From: Amoebidium appalachense
Taxonomy: Eukaryota; Protista; Ichthyosporea
Direction of reading: 5' to 3'
Length of the DNA stretch: 64,000 bases
NCBI GenBank assembly: GCA_963693365.1
Contig: CAVNZM010000008.1
Span: forward strand, 9,732,293 to 9,796,292
In this document: in pieces, positions 20,759 to 30,805 of the stretch
Numbering within the stretch: position 1 is the stretch's first letter
Layout of the letters: each line of letters begins with the position of its first letter
Program-made: the position numbers and the translations under genes
The notes under the pieces: model-generated
Seen by the model: only the letters and a program-made list of their open reading frames with translations
Database searches by the model: none
What the model was told of the DNA's origin: nothing

Positions 20759-22270
20759 TCACACACTTGCATTCGGAGTTGTCGCTGCTGCTTTCGCGAT
20801 GTCTTCCACAAGCCGCTCTCCATCCCTGCGCCTCGGCAGTCCTGCGGCTTCAAGCTCGGCATCGGTCAACACGACCGTTTTCTTGGTTATTACCTCTCTT
20901 ATTACCTGTGTGTACCGTGGGTCATCAAGATTCGGCTGCACCACATTTATCTCTCCTCCATGCATCTTAGCCCAGTAGAGTTCGGTCAGTTGCTTCCCGT
21001 ACAGGGACAGCACGGCCCCGATTTTGTAGACTGCCCGGAATCCTCTGTCCACCTTCTCAAGCTTTGTCGTTATATGATTGCAGACCCGTTCCCCAATGGT
21101 GTTTCCATTGCCCGGTTGGGAACCCCAGTCGAAGCTTGACGTGCGCAGGAGTATGTAGACCATCAACCAGGAGGCACATGCCGAGTCGTGTATTTCGTTT
21201 CTATCGACAAGTTCCTCATACAAAACCCTCCTAAAACTTGTCTGAAGGCTCTTACATACAGATTCGTGTTGGTAGGTGCGCAGAACTTTCGAGCTTCCAG
21301 TGTAACCGGCCCCCTCAAGGAACATACAGAGGGCGTCAGCGATTAGCCCTGCCGGGGCAGACATGTTAAAGCACTCGACCACCTTGACTTGCGAATCGAT
21401 AATGACAACAGAAGCATGCTCTGGGCTCGACACATGCATTATATAGTAGCGCTCACGTTCTTGGCTTTTCAGCCATGAAGAGAGGTTCGACACGAATGCT
21501 TTCGGGCATCTGAAACCCCACTTTCCTGCTGACACCTTCCAAGTGGACATTTTACCATTGTCCGTCACAACACTGAGTGCTGGTGTGGACTTGGGGACAG
21601 CATCACTATTATGCTCTATTTTGAGGGATGTGCCAGGGGAAAAACGAACAGATTTTGGCAGATAGGTTTGCAGCAGTACGAAGGTGTTGTCCCGAGACCT
21701 GGCGCCACACCCTGCCACAGCCGGTGAGGCTTCAACGGAGCCAACCCCAATCAGCTCGGTCAGTGACTTCTGAAGATCAACGAGACCGTTGTACCAGTCA
21801 AATAGAAGTGGCCACGTTTTTTGTATGTCCTCCATCATGTCCGAGGGCGTAGGTCTTCCAGGGACAATAGCCTGTTTGTACTTTTCGGCCACGTAGGGAG
21901 CACACTTCACCACAATCGACCCGAAACGGTGCTTCCGCTGGTCCACGAGAAACCGGCTTTTTGAATCATACCTTACAGCAAACTTGTATTCCGTACCAGC
22001 TGTTTGACGCATACAAATAAACAACAATCTGTAGCCACCCAGCCCTGCTTCAAAAACCAGAGATGTAACACAGGTCAGACAGACTGGTTCGACATCATTT
22101 TGAGTGCTCCACAAGTTGATGGAGAGACAGACGTCCCCCATAGCCCACTTGTATGTCTGGGTGTTGCGGGGTTTCAGATGTGCGTCTTCCAACTTGAAAT
22201 GTTGGGTATTGCGTTTGACAAACTTGAAGAAGCAGTGGGGCTTTACCGACAATGTCTGTGTTGAAGCCAT
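20759..22270 (-). CDS. Ulp1/adenain-like cysteine protease, paralog of 12513..14022
   Basis: HASVVIID...VECFN...SLQ...SACASWLMVYILLR; full-length similarity to the paralog. Confidence 0.7.
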   Translation of the reverse strand: MASTQTLSVKPHCFFKFVKRNTQHFKLEDAHLKPRNTQTYKWAMGDVCLSINLWSTQNDVEPVCLTCVTSLVFEAGLGGYRLLFICMRQTAGTEYKFAVRYDSKSRFLVDQRKHRFGSIVVKCAPYVAEKYKQAIVPGRPTPSDMMEDIQKTWPLLFDWYNGLVDLQKSLTELIGVGSVEASPAVAGCGARSRDNTFVLLQTYLPKSVRFSPGTSLKIEHNSDAVPKSTPALSVVTDNGKMSTWKVSAGKWGFRCPKAFVSNLSSWLKSQERERYYIMHVSSPEHASVVIIDSQVKVVECFNMSAPAGLIADALCMFLEGAGYTGSSKVLRTYQHESVCKSLQTSFRRVLYEELVDRNEIHDSACASWLMVYILLRTSSFDWGSQPGNGNTIGERVCNHITTKLEKVDRGFRAVYKIGAVLSLYGKQLTELYWAKMHGGEINVVQPNLDDPRYTQVIREVITKKTVVLTDAELEAAGLPRRRDGERLVEDIAKAAATTPNASV

Positions 22271-22396
22271 CTACACAACAGCCGAATTTTTCGACATATG
22301 GGTGGTTCCCTGGGACAGTTTCGGATGGGTTCCCGCGCGGGGGGGGGGGGGGGGGGGGGATTGCGTCCATTCTGTGACCGATATATGCAAAAGAGT

Positions 22397-22804
22397 TTAT
22401 ATCCCTGCTGCACCGATGCCAGCAGGCTTGACGCAGCAGAAGTCCGGCGCGCACGGCATCGACGTGGCCCTGCGCCGCTTGCACCGCAGCACCCCGCCGG
22501 TCTTGGGGTCCGGTCGGTAGAGGTTGCAGCCCACAAACTGGTTGCACGGCACGAGCGACGGATTCTGCGGCACCACCGTGCGGCACAGCCACCCGCACCC
22601 CACCCCCGGCACCGGCACCTGCGAGCACACGGGCGCTGCGGTGGCCGTCTGCGCAACGAGCCGTGTGCATCTGGACAGTTGGGTGGGGGTGGGCGTCGGG
22701 GTGGTTGGCGCCGGCGTCGGGGGGGCCGTCACGGTCACGTAGCTGGCGGCGGCGGCGGCGGCTTGTGCAAGTAGGGCAACGAGCACGTACATTACCGTGT
22801 GCAT
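22397..22804 (-). CDS. Secreted Cys-rich small protein with Pro/Thr linker
   Basis: Signal peptide, PTPAPTTPTPTPT linker, about 10 Cys. Confidence 0.6.
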   Translation of the reverse strand: MHTVMYVLVALLAQAAAAAASYVTVTAPPTPAPTTPTPTPTQLSRCTRLVAQTATAAPVCSQVPVPGVGCGWLCRTVVPQNPSLVPCNQFVGCNLYRPDPKTGGVLRCKRRRATSMPCAPDFCCVKPAGIGAAGI

Positions 22805-22849
22805 GGATAATAGTTGTGGGGGCAGGGGGAGGGGGGGGAGGAGGGGGGG

Positions 22850-23040
22850 AGACCTTGTTGCTACAAGGTCCTCAACGGTCGGCTCCTTGCTTGCCTGCAT
22901 ATCAAACCATGCTGACCTTGCAGCATTTGACGAGCCAAGCACAATGGTAGTGGTATCCAGGACACTACCCTGTGCATCCTTGACCTTTCCATGGATCCTA
23001 TATTGGGCATCCTTGAACTGGGGGGACTTGATGTGTCTCC
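22850..23040 (-). pseudogene. Truncated BRO-like N-terminal remnant
   Basis: PQFKDA...SVLDTTTIVLGSSNAARSAW matches the N-termini of the 9195 and 23081 genes. Confidence 0.6.
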
Positions 23041-23080
23041 TCCTGTGCGAAAAAACGAAACTTTGAAGGTATGTCGTGGG

Positions 23081-24691
23081 CTACTGTGCTTGCTCCTGGC
23101 TGGCTTTCTTGAAGACGCTGATGACGAGGTCCCTTGTCAAGTCGTCCTCCATGTGCTCCCTCGCCATCTCCAGCATGGCCACCGCAAAGGTCACAAAGTC
23201 CACACGGAACAGCTCGCGCTCAACGTTCTTGTGTTTAAGCGCGGTGTGCAGACACTTCTCTGCAAGCGCCAGCTGCTCGGACGGCACGGGAAGCGCAAAG
23301 AGCAGGCGCTTGTTGGGCCCCACATGCCACGTACCGGCCTGCTTCATGCGGCCCTTCACGTCCTTCAGGCTCTGGCCGATCTTCAGACAGGGGGGGTCGC
23401 CATACTCGGACACAAACACGTAGATACCGGACTGCTGCTTGGTGCACACGTGGTTGGTGACCCAGCGCAGCTCATCACTGGCATCCTCGAATTCCGATGG
23501 AATGTGGTCCTGCTTGAGATTGTCTGTGGTCTGAAGTTCCAGAAGCCGACACTGCACCTCGAGTTTCAGGCGCTCCTCGCGAATCAGGGCGCGTTCCTCG
23601 CGCATCCTCACGATCTCTGTGTACTGGGAAGATTCTGCAATGCGCGCCTCCTTGTACAGACTCAGTGCAGTTTCCATCTCGGCCTGGTTGGTCATGAACT
23701 GGGTGATGTCTCCGAGCTTCAGTCTCTTGGGCTCCCTCTCGGGGGTGCCGGCCACACCCATTTTCCCCCTCACACTGTCGCGCATGAAAGCGTTGGGTCC
23801 TGACGGGTTGGCCGCTGCCGTGGCACGGTTACGCTCGATGTCTTCGACCAAGGTCTCGTCCCCACCTTCCAGGCGCGCTATGTCTCGGGCCCACTTGTCA
23901 ACGGGGGCAGATCCATAGCGCGAGCCGGATGCCATCTTGAAGGTCAGTTTCACCAACGATGAAGCAGGAACACCAATCGAGGGTCGCTTTGAATCGCCGA
24001 ACCTCAAAGGCCTCATGTTGAGGCCTTTGATTTCCTCTTCATTCTCATAATGTCGTCTGACATACTCAGCGGCCGCATGTCTGTCTAAATTGCGCACTAG
24101 CATTGCATAATCAACAAGACTGGCGTATTTAACACCTTCGGATTGAGCAACTCGCACTACATAGTCACCAATGCAGATGGTGTCGCCTTTTTTTGCGGCG
24201 ACCTCGTTTCCGGTCAATACCACATCTGTGTGTTCGGAATTCATAGTTTGGGAAACTGAGGTGTTGTCATGTGTGTTCAGTCCTTTTATACCTTCGGCCT
24301 CGCTCACATGGTTAACTTCGTTGGACATCAGGCGCTTGATATAATTGGCACAGATCCTTCGGAACTTGTGCGCGCGCTTGCCAGGGAGCAGGAAGATGAT
24401 CTCGACGATGAACTTGAAGGGAGCTACAGGTGTCAACTTGCCCCTTCCATCGATGCGGAGAACGTGGTGTCCCTCAGACACCATCTTCTTGATGTTGGAG
24501 TCTGTGGAATTCCTAAGGTCTGCCCATGCACACTTCGCTGCATTGGTGGTGCCTAGTACCAGGGATGCTACGTCCAGCACACTTGCCATCTTGGTATCTT
24601 GGTCAATGCGAACAGTAGCATCCTTGAACTGGGGGAACTCCCTCCACAGAAGCGACATGTCCACCTTTGAGTTGGTCTGTCCGGTAGCCAT
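23081..24691 (-). CDS. Tandem BRO-like domains plus C-terminal T5orf172/GIY-YIG-like domain
   Basis: Two BRO-like units, then GIYVF......LKIGQS...GRMKQ..T...EKCLH..LK......ELF. Confidence 0.8.
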   Translation of the reverse strand: MATGQTNSKVDMSLLWREFPQFKDATVRIDQDTKMASVLDVASLVLGTTNAAKCAWADLRNSTDSNIKKMVSEGHHVLRIDGRGKLTPVAPFKFIVEIIFLLPGKRAHKFRRICANYIKRLMSNEVNHVSEAEGIKGLNTHDNTSVSQTMNSEHTDVVLTGNEVAAKKGDTICIGDYVVRVAQSEGVKYASLVDYAMLVRNLDRHAAAEYVRRHYENEEEIKGLNMRPLRFGDSKRPSIGVPASSLVKLTFKMASGSRYGSAPVDKWARDIARLEGGDETLVEDIERNRATAAANPSGPNAFMRDSVRGKMGVAGTPEREPKRLKLGDITQFMTNQAEMETALSLYKEARIAESSQYTEIVRMREERALIREERLKLEVQCRLLELQTTDNLKQDHIPSEFEDASDELRWVTNHVCTKQQSGIYVFVSEYGDPPCLKIGQSLKDVKGRMKQAGTWHVGPNKRLLFALPVPSEQLALAEKCLHTALKHKNVERELFRVDFVTFAVAMLEMAREHMEDDLTRDLVISVFKKASQEQAQ

Positions 24692-25039
24692 CCTGTGTCA
24701 GACTGACCCCAGTTGGCTGTGTGTGCGCCTTTTATACCTGCGCGTGGCGCCCTCGGTCGTGCTGGGGGGGGGGGGTGGGTTGAAAGAACTTGAGGGATCC
24801 CCAAATCTCAAAAGCGTTTTATTTCTTCTTCGTACTGCGGCCCTGCGCGGGGGTGGGGGGCTGGGGGTGGCTGGGGGGGCTGGGGGTGCGCTTGTGCCTT
24901 GTGCGACTTGTGTACCTTGTGTGCATGCGTGCACGTGGGCCTTGGGTGCCGCGCATGCCTCGCGTGCCTCGCGTGCCTCGCGCGCAGGTGCATGGGGAGC
25001 GCTTGCATCCAGTGCAAAGTCCATTATTTGTTTACTTTA

Positions 25040-25189
25040 TTACTCAGGCAGAACAACCCGGTTTGCCACGCGGTATGCTTGCAAGAGGTTGTCGATGGTG
25101 CCTGGTGGGGTAGGGCCGACCCCAGAATACAAAAGGTCCAACGTAAAAATTTTCAGTTTGAGTTCCGGTGCAAGGGAAGACCACTGCAT
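25040..25189 (-). CDS. 49-aa micro-ORF with F-box-like N-terminus (not in ORF track)
   Basis: MQWSSLAPELKLKIFTLDLL...VLPE*, followed directly by AATAAA. Confidence 0.35.
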   Translation of the reverse strand: MQWSSLAPELKLKIFTLDLLYSGVGPTPPGTIDNLLQAYRVANRVVLPE

Positions 25190-25518
25190 CGTGCAATCAA
25201 CATACACAGCGGTTTACAGGCGTGTCAGGAACGAGCAGACTGTGTACGAGCTGGCATGTCCGAGGATTTTGGTTTGGGACCTGCTTGCTCTCCGACATTT
25301 CATTGGCTGCTGAAACTGTGCACTGGCATTGTATGACCGCGCCGCGATCTGATTGGACCATTAAAATGGGGCATCCATCGACTGCTCATGGTGGCGCTCG
25401 CGGGCTCGCGGGCAGGTGCCCGTGTGCCGGTGTGCCCGTGTGCACGTGTGCCCGCGTGCCTCGCGCGCTGGGTGGGTGTGTGTGTCGTGTTCGCGTGTGC
25501 CTTATGTGACTTGTGTCC

Positions 25519-25782
25519 TGTCATCTTGACATCTTGGTGTATCCGGTTCTGGGCCTAGGTTTTCCATGTCATAATTGTGTGCACTGGATCTGGGTGATCG
25601 TGTAAGGGTCTGATTCGCTTATTGTCATCTTGACATCTTGGTGTATCCGGTTCTGGGCCTAGGTTTTCCATGTCATAATTGTGTGCACTGGATCTGGGTG
25701 ATCGTGTAAGGGTCTGATTCGCTTATTGTCATCTTGACATCTTGGTGTATCCGGTTCTGGGCCTAGGTTTTCCATGTCATAA
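25519..25782. repeat. 104-bp tandem repeat, ~2.5 copies (degenerate copy at ~25940-25995)
   Basis: Identical units start at 25519, 25623 and 25727. Confidence 0.95.
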
Positions 25783-26158
25783 AGGTATGACTCGCTTATT
25801 CATCTTGATCACACCAATTCAAAGCATCATGCCAATGCCGGGCACAGCCTATGTTCGCATACGCGTTTCGACCCTTTCACTTTTTTCCTAATCATTAACA
25901 TTTATCATTCTAGCACACTGAATACATTCAATTCCATGCACATCTTGGTGTATTCGGTTCTTGGGCCTATTAGGTTTTCCATGTCATAGTTGTGTGGACA
26001 CAATGTCTTTGATGTAGCAACTCCTGGAAAAACACACATACGCTTCCAAAACAATCCAGAATACTATTCTGCCTGTTAGGGACACAGAAATCGCTGGTGT
26101 GATCCTGTTTGGGGAGGTCCTAGAGCTGGTTGTGTTTATTTATTTGGGGTCTGCAGAT

Positions 26159-26887
26159 ATGAACCGGCCGGTGGAAAAGAGGGTGCTGTCCAACCCCGAG
26201 GAACTGCAAGCCTTTGTCAACGACCCAACGTGGTTTCATCCCGCCGCGCTCGTTGCGGGTGGGGTCGAGACCCGAGCACTGGGTGTAGTCCGCATCGTCT
26301 ACCCAGAGCCGCCCGACTTTGCGGACGAATTCGGCACCATTCGCAGGGGCAGGAGGTCGGTGCTGACTGCCCCACTCAGGTTTGTGTGCAAGCACACGGA
26401 CTTCTCCGATTCCTGGTATGACCCTCCGCGGGTGATGGCCGACGGCCGCGCAACGGGCTTCTGGGGGTTTGTTATTGATGCGGGGGGTGACTGGGTTGAT
26501 GACAAGCTGCTCATGGTGACGTACAGCGCTGCACTGAATGTCTTTCAGTGGATGGTGGTCTTTAACCATCCGCCGGATTGGGTAGAAGTCATGCCCTACT
26601 ACACAGAGACCCCCACCTTGATCTTTGAGCGCCCGCTCCCCGGTGTCCCCACACTCGCACAGACAGTGTCCGTTGGGCTCATCCGAAACATGGCAGCCGA
26701 GCCCCATGTGCACAGCCGCTTCGGGATCCACAGAGGCTTATCGGCCGGGCTGGAGCAGTTGCTGTCCCATGAGGCCATCCAGACCATGCTAGGCTTCGGC
26801 AACACGCTCTACGGGCTGCTCGGCATCACCCCCGAGGGGGCTGCGTACATGGGCACCACCGACTGGCCCATCGACTACAGCGAGTGA
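26159..26887 (+). CDS. Hypothetical protein
   Basis: 242-aa ATG ORF with ordinary composition. Confidence 0.65.
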   Translation: MNRPVEKRVLSNPEELQAFVNDPTWFHPAALVAGGVETRALGVVRIVYPEPPDFADEFGTIRRGRRSVLTAPLRFVCKHTDFSDSWYDPPRVMADGRATGFWGFVIDAGGDWVDDKLLMVTYSAALNVFQWMVVFNHPPDWVEVMPYYTETPTLIFERPLPGVPTLAQTVSVGLIRNMAAEPHVHSRFGIHRGLSAGLEQLLSHEAIQTMLGFGNTLYGLLGITPEGAAYMGTTDWPIDYSE

Positions 26888-27412
26888 GGCCCTGCGCGTG
26901 GGGGGCTGTGGGGGGCTGTGGGGGGCTGGGGGTGGGTGGGGGCGCGGGTGCCTTGTGAGCGCGTGAGCGCGTGTGCCTCGCGCGCGGATAAATTGGCTAT
27001 TCACGCGCTTGTGCGCGCGCACGGGGCCTGGGGGCCTGGGGGGCTGGGGGTTCGTGTGCCCCTTTTATACCTGCACACCGCTTGACGTTGCCCATTGACA
27101 ATCACACCTCGCACCGACCTGGTCAGTGCGGCGTGGGTGGCTGGGGGGGGCTGGGGGGGGGCTGGGGCGGGGCTGCCGTGGCTGGGGGTGGCTGGGGCGC
27201 GGGTGCCTCGCATGCCTCGCGCGCCTCGCATGCCTCGCGTGCGCGTGGGTTCCGGCGGTTCGTTTATTGGTTCCTTGTGTGCCCCCCACAGCCACCCCCA
27301 GCCACCCAGGGCCCCGGGGGGGGGGGGTGCTCACCCCTCGCATGCCTCGCGCGCCTCGCCCGCCTCGCGGGGTGGGGTGTGTGTGCGTTTGTGTGTTTCT
27401 TCTCGGACAACT

Positions 27413-28080
27413 CTAATTTGCCATGATCTTGCTATACACTATCTTGTGGGCACGGGTGTGTCTGCCAGGTTTCCCTATAGAGACACGCTCTCCTGCGGGA
27501 ACAAACGACGACCCGCCCAAAACCCGTGTCAGCACCGTTCCCAGTCTCTTGATCCCCACCTCGCAATCGTCCAACATGTTTATATCAGCCCATTGTCGCA
27601 TGCAACCGGCCATCCCCGATGTCGTAACCCAGGTCCCATTCTCGATACCAAAGCTGTGTGTTCCGCGTGCGCCTGTCGCTATGTCCTTTAGAAAGTGTAT
27701 TTCGTTCGACTCCTGTGCCCTCTCCGTTGGTTTTGTCCGGGTTGTGCAGATGTCCCCGTGACACCCCCAAATTAGCCGCAGAGTGTCGGGCTCCACCGTC
27801 ACAAACACCCCAAGAGATTCTATGGTCTCAACGGCAACCCTATAAACCTCGATGGATGCGTAACCAAACAGGTGCACACGAGCCTGTCGACCAGGGTAGA
27901 AGCGTTGGTACGCCTGCACCTGTCCAAGCGCCGCCTTCCACTGCGCCACACGCTTGACCTCGATGACCTGCGTGTCCGTGAGCAGGTCGATTCGGCCGGC
28001 TGGCGTGACCACTTCGCACTTCCCCCCTCAATCCTGGCTAACCGATCTCTGACCGACCCTTCATCATACGATGCCATCAT
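27413..28080 (-). CDS. PD-(D/E)XK-like nuclease fused to a copy of the helicase C-terminal domain; frameshift at ~28022-28027
   Basis: EVVTPAGRIDLLTDTQVIEVKRVAQWKAALGQVQAY; C-terminal half FLKDIA...GI..G...TT.GMA..MRQWAD.N...RLG.VLT.VLG aligns to the 28757 gene end. Confidence 0.75.
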
Positions 28081-28179
28081 AATAGGGTACAAAAAAACAT
28101 GACTCATTTTTATATTATAAGCCAGTCGGGGTGTTATGAGTCCGATATAGCACCAATCACAACAACACCACCGACACAC

Positions 28180-28400
28180 CACCAACCTACCCAAGTTACC
28201 ACCAACCTACCAACAGTAATCGCGATTTCGATTAGTAGAATTAGACCCAAACATCGATTTCACTTATAAATAGTAGGTTGGGTAGGTTCAGTGGGTTGTT
28301 TTGGGGTTGAGTCGAGCTGGGGCAAAAACAAACGAACACCAACGATGTGTGTTTGGGGGGGCCCCTCCGAGAACCTACCCAACCTACCGAAGTTAAAAAA
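28180..28400. repeat. Iteron-like block A (CAACCTACC direct, GTAGGTT inverted) around an AT-rich core
   Basis: CAACCTACC at ~28183, ~28203, ~28380; GTAGGTT at ~28273, ~28282. Confidence 0.6.
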
Positions 28401-28756
28401 CCCCAACAACCAATGAAATACGCCCGTTAAACCAAGAAACCAATCGGATGGCTTTGTTAAAAACGTTTGCGCAAAACCCAAGCTACCACCAAGTGGCCGA
28501 AGTTACTGAAAGGAAGCTGGCGATCACTTATGCGAAAGTATCTTCGAGAACGAAACTCGATAAGCACGCGATGTCTTTGACACTGCCCCCACTACCACCG
28601 AGTTATCCCCGAAGCAGATTTGCAGTCCTCGGCACCATAGGCGATCGCATTCACCCTCGTACTCTTGACCTCCCCCAAAATGGCAGTGACGGCCATTCCA
28701 AAGTCTCGTTGTGTGGGTCTTCTGGACTTGTAGGTTGTGTTTCTCTCCCACCACAA

Positions 28757-30760
28757 CTATTTATATGCCTGTATCTGTTTGAAATCAATGGTATATGCAT
28801 GTGCCCTGTTGCTGGATCCATGGCTTTGTCCAATAACTATTTGGCTGGGATTGACGAGTTTCCGGGGTCCCAGAACCTTGGTCAACATTGAACCCAGCCT
28901 GTTGACACTGACAACTCTCCGGCCATCGTAACCGTTGGCATCTGCCCATTGACGCATATGTTCTGCCAACCCCTGCGTTGTAGCATGGGCCCCATCTCCG
29001 ATGCCAAGGTCAACTGCTGCATCACCAGCATTTGCAACGTCGCGGAGAAACTGGAGCTCCAAGGGCAAGCTCTTCTCCATTAGCTCTCGCCGGAGGCTTG
29101 TGTCGGGAGGGACTTCAAGAGTGGACTTCACGCCTGGTAGATCAACCAAGTAGTGGAAAAGTGCTTGTAGGACATCTGCTCGCTTGTAATACTCGATGAA
29201 TGCACTGTAGTACTCACGCTGCCCTATGCGCATTCCACTAGCCTCAAGGCACATGTAGCGTCGGTCACTCTGCTCAACTCGCACAGCCCAATCCTCGTTG
29301 GTCAAAAAGGCGTAGCGCTCGTAGGTGCGTGTGTGGACACCATCCACTCCCTTCTTCTCCAAGATGGCATCCTCTTGCGTGATGAGCGCTTTCAGTATGT
29401 TGTTGACTTCGTGACAGCCACCAAACGTACATTCATCGACAACCGCCAGAAGCTTGTGCATTAGATGTGCATTAAACTTGCTTGAAAGATGGTCTTTGTT
29501 TTTGATTGAGGCACTGTAATTCTCGCCAATTAAGCGTTGAACTACCTCAAACCACGTATTCTTACCAGCCCCTTGTGCAGACTTCACAAGGATCGCCGTG
29601 CCTGGTTTGGTAGCTGGGTACTGGAAGATATGAGCAGTCCAGCGTAACAGATACCAAAAAGCATCTTCGTTACCGTTTGCTAATATCTCATACGCATGGC
29701 GTACGAACATTTCAGCAGGATGTCCCGAATAGAGCCCATACTTTTCCAACAGCTCGTCAGTCATCAAAACCCCACTGCGATTCGGAAGGATGGGTGGTAC
29801 GATACATCTGGGTCCGGTGTAGTTGAATGCCGAGTCGTACTTGAACCGAAGACCTCGAAAAATGTTAAAAACTCGGCGTTCACCATGTAGATAGGCTTCC
29901 TTGACGAGGTTTGTTTTGGGGCTGGGTGATTCTGGATCAAAGACAGCCAAAACATAAGTTGGGATCTCGCCATTCATGAAGTCGACCCCCGTGTACCTTT
30001 TCTCCGTGTCCCGGTCAATATACTCCACACTAAACCGTTGAATCGAGTTTCGCATATCGTCCTTCGATAAAGTTCTGAGTTCATAGACCTGCCTCTCAGG
30101 GGACCATTGCTTCAGGATGTAGAGGCTTGTTCCGTTAACATATGCAGCCCATTTGCTCAGATAGGCGACCAGACCACTACGCCCCCAATCCGAACCAATG
30201 ATGCGTGGTAGAAACGGCATGCGGTCGGGGGGCTCGCTGTCCTCTCTTTCCAACTCGTCAAAGATGGATCGCTCGGGTGTAAAGTCCATCATGGTTGTGT
30301 CACATGTCGGAGAGGACTTGGCTTTAGTGGGTTGTGTCTCTTTGCCGTAGATGGACGTGAAGGCGCCGGCGGTGTTCCAACGCATCACACCCCCAGAGTT
30401 CCAATCACGAATGGGGTTGACGATAACACGGTTGGCCTTCGAAAATCTTTCGGACGCCCAGGCCGTCATGGCTGCTCGGTCAGGTCCAGGGGGCTGATGC
30501 CTTGCATTGCACTCCAAATGGGCAGTTTTGGTCCGCTTTGTCAAGCATGTGCGGATTTCACCATATGAGGTTCCAAATGTTGTTTGAATTGACTTGAAAA
30601 GATCGTCGTGGTCAAAAGGCTCGCCATCCACACGCATTTCTCGTTCACCAGTAGGGGCATAGACAGCAAGGTACCAATCCTGACAGCGCCGTCTCAGACT
30701 TGTTCCTTCCACAGCCTGCGGGGGAGGCTCGGCGCCTTCACAGCATACTGTTGGTTCCAT
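28757..30760 (-). CDS. Superfamily 3 helicase (D5/NrS-1-like, DUF5906 type) with C-terminal winged-helix-like domain
   Basis: Walker A SAQGAGKNT, Walker B LAVVDE, LKALIT, EKKGVD, motif C FLTN, arginine finger SDRRY. Confidence 0.9.
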   Translation of the reverse strand: MEPTVCCEGAEPPPQAVEGTSLRRRCQDWYLAVYAPTGEREMRVDGEPFDHDDLFKSIQTTFGTSYGEIRTCLTKRTKTAHLECNARHQPPGPDRAAMTAWASERFSKANRVIVNPIRDWNSGGVMRWNTAGAFTSIYGKETQPTKAKSSPTCDTTMMDFTPERSIFDELEREDSEPPDRMPFLPRIIGSDWGRSGLVAYLSKWAAYVNGTSLYILKQWSPERQVYELRTLSKDDMRNSIQRFSVEYIDRDTEKRYTGVDFMNGEIPTYVLAVFDPESPSPKTNLVKEAYLHGERRVFNIFRGLRFKYDSAFNYTGPRCIVPPILPNRSGVLMTDELLEKYGLYSGHPAEMFVRHAYEILANGNEDAFWYLLRWTAHIFQYPATKPGTAILVKSAQGAGKNTWFEVVQRLIGENYSASIKNKDHLSSKFNAHLMHKLLAVVDECTFGGCHEVNNILKALITQEDAILEKKGVDGVHTRTYERYAFLTNEDWAVRVEQSDRRYMCLEASGMRIGQREYYSAFIEYYKRADVLQALFHYLVDLPGVKSTLEVPPDTSLRRELMEKSLPLELQFLRDVANAGDAAVDLGIGDGAHATTQGLAEHMRQWADANGYDGRRVVSVNRLGSMLTKVLGPRKLVNPSQIVIGQSHGSSNRAHAYTIDFKQIQAYK

Positions 30761-30805
30761 TATCTATAGGATGAGAAAAAAAAAAAATCGGCAGGCAGTT
30801 GTAAG

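Noticed and set aside
28260-28760. Degenerate copy of the helicase N-terminal region (GRETQPT, PSDW..GVFHW)
   Set aside because: Only short out-of-order matches; not supportable without an alignment.
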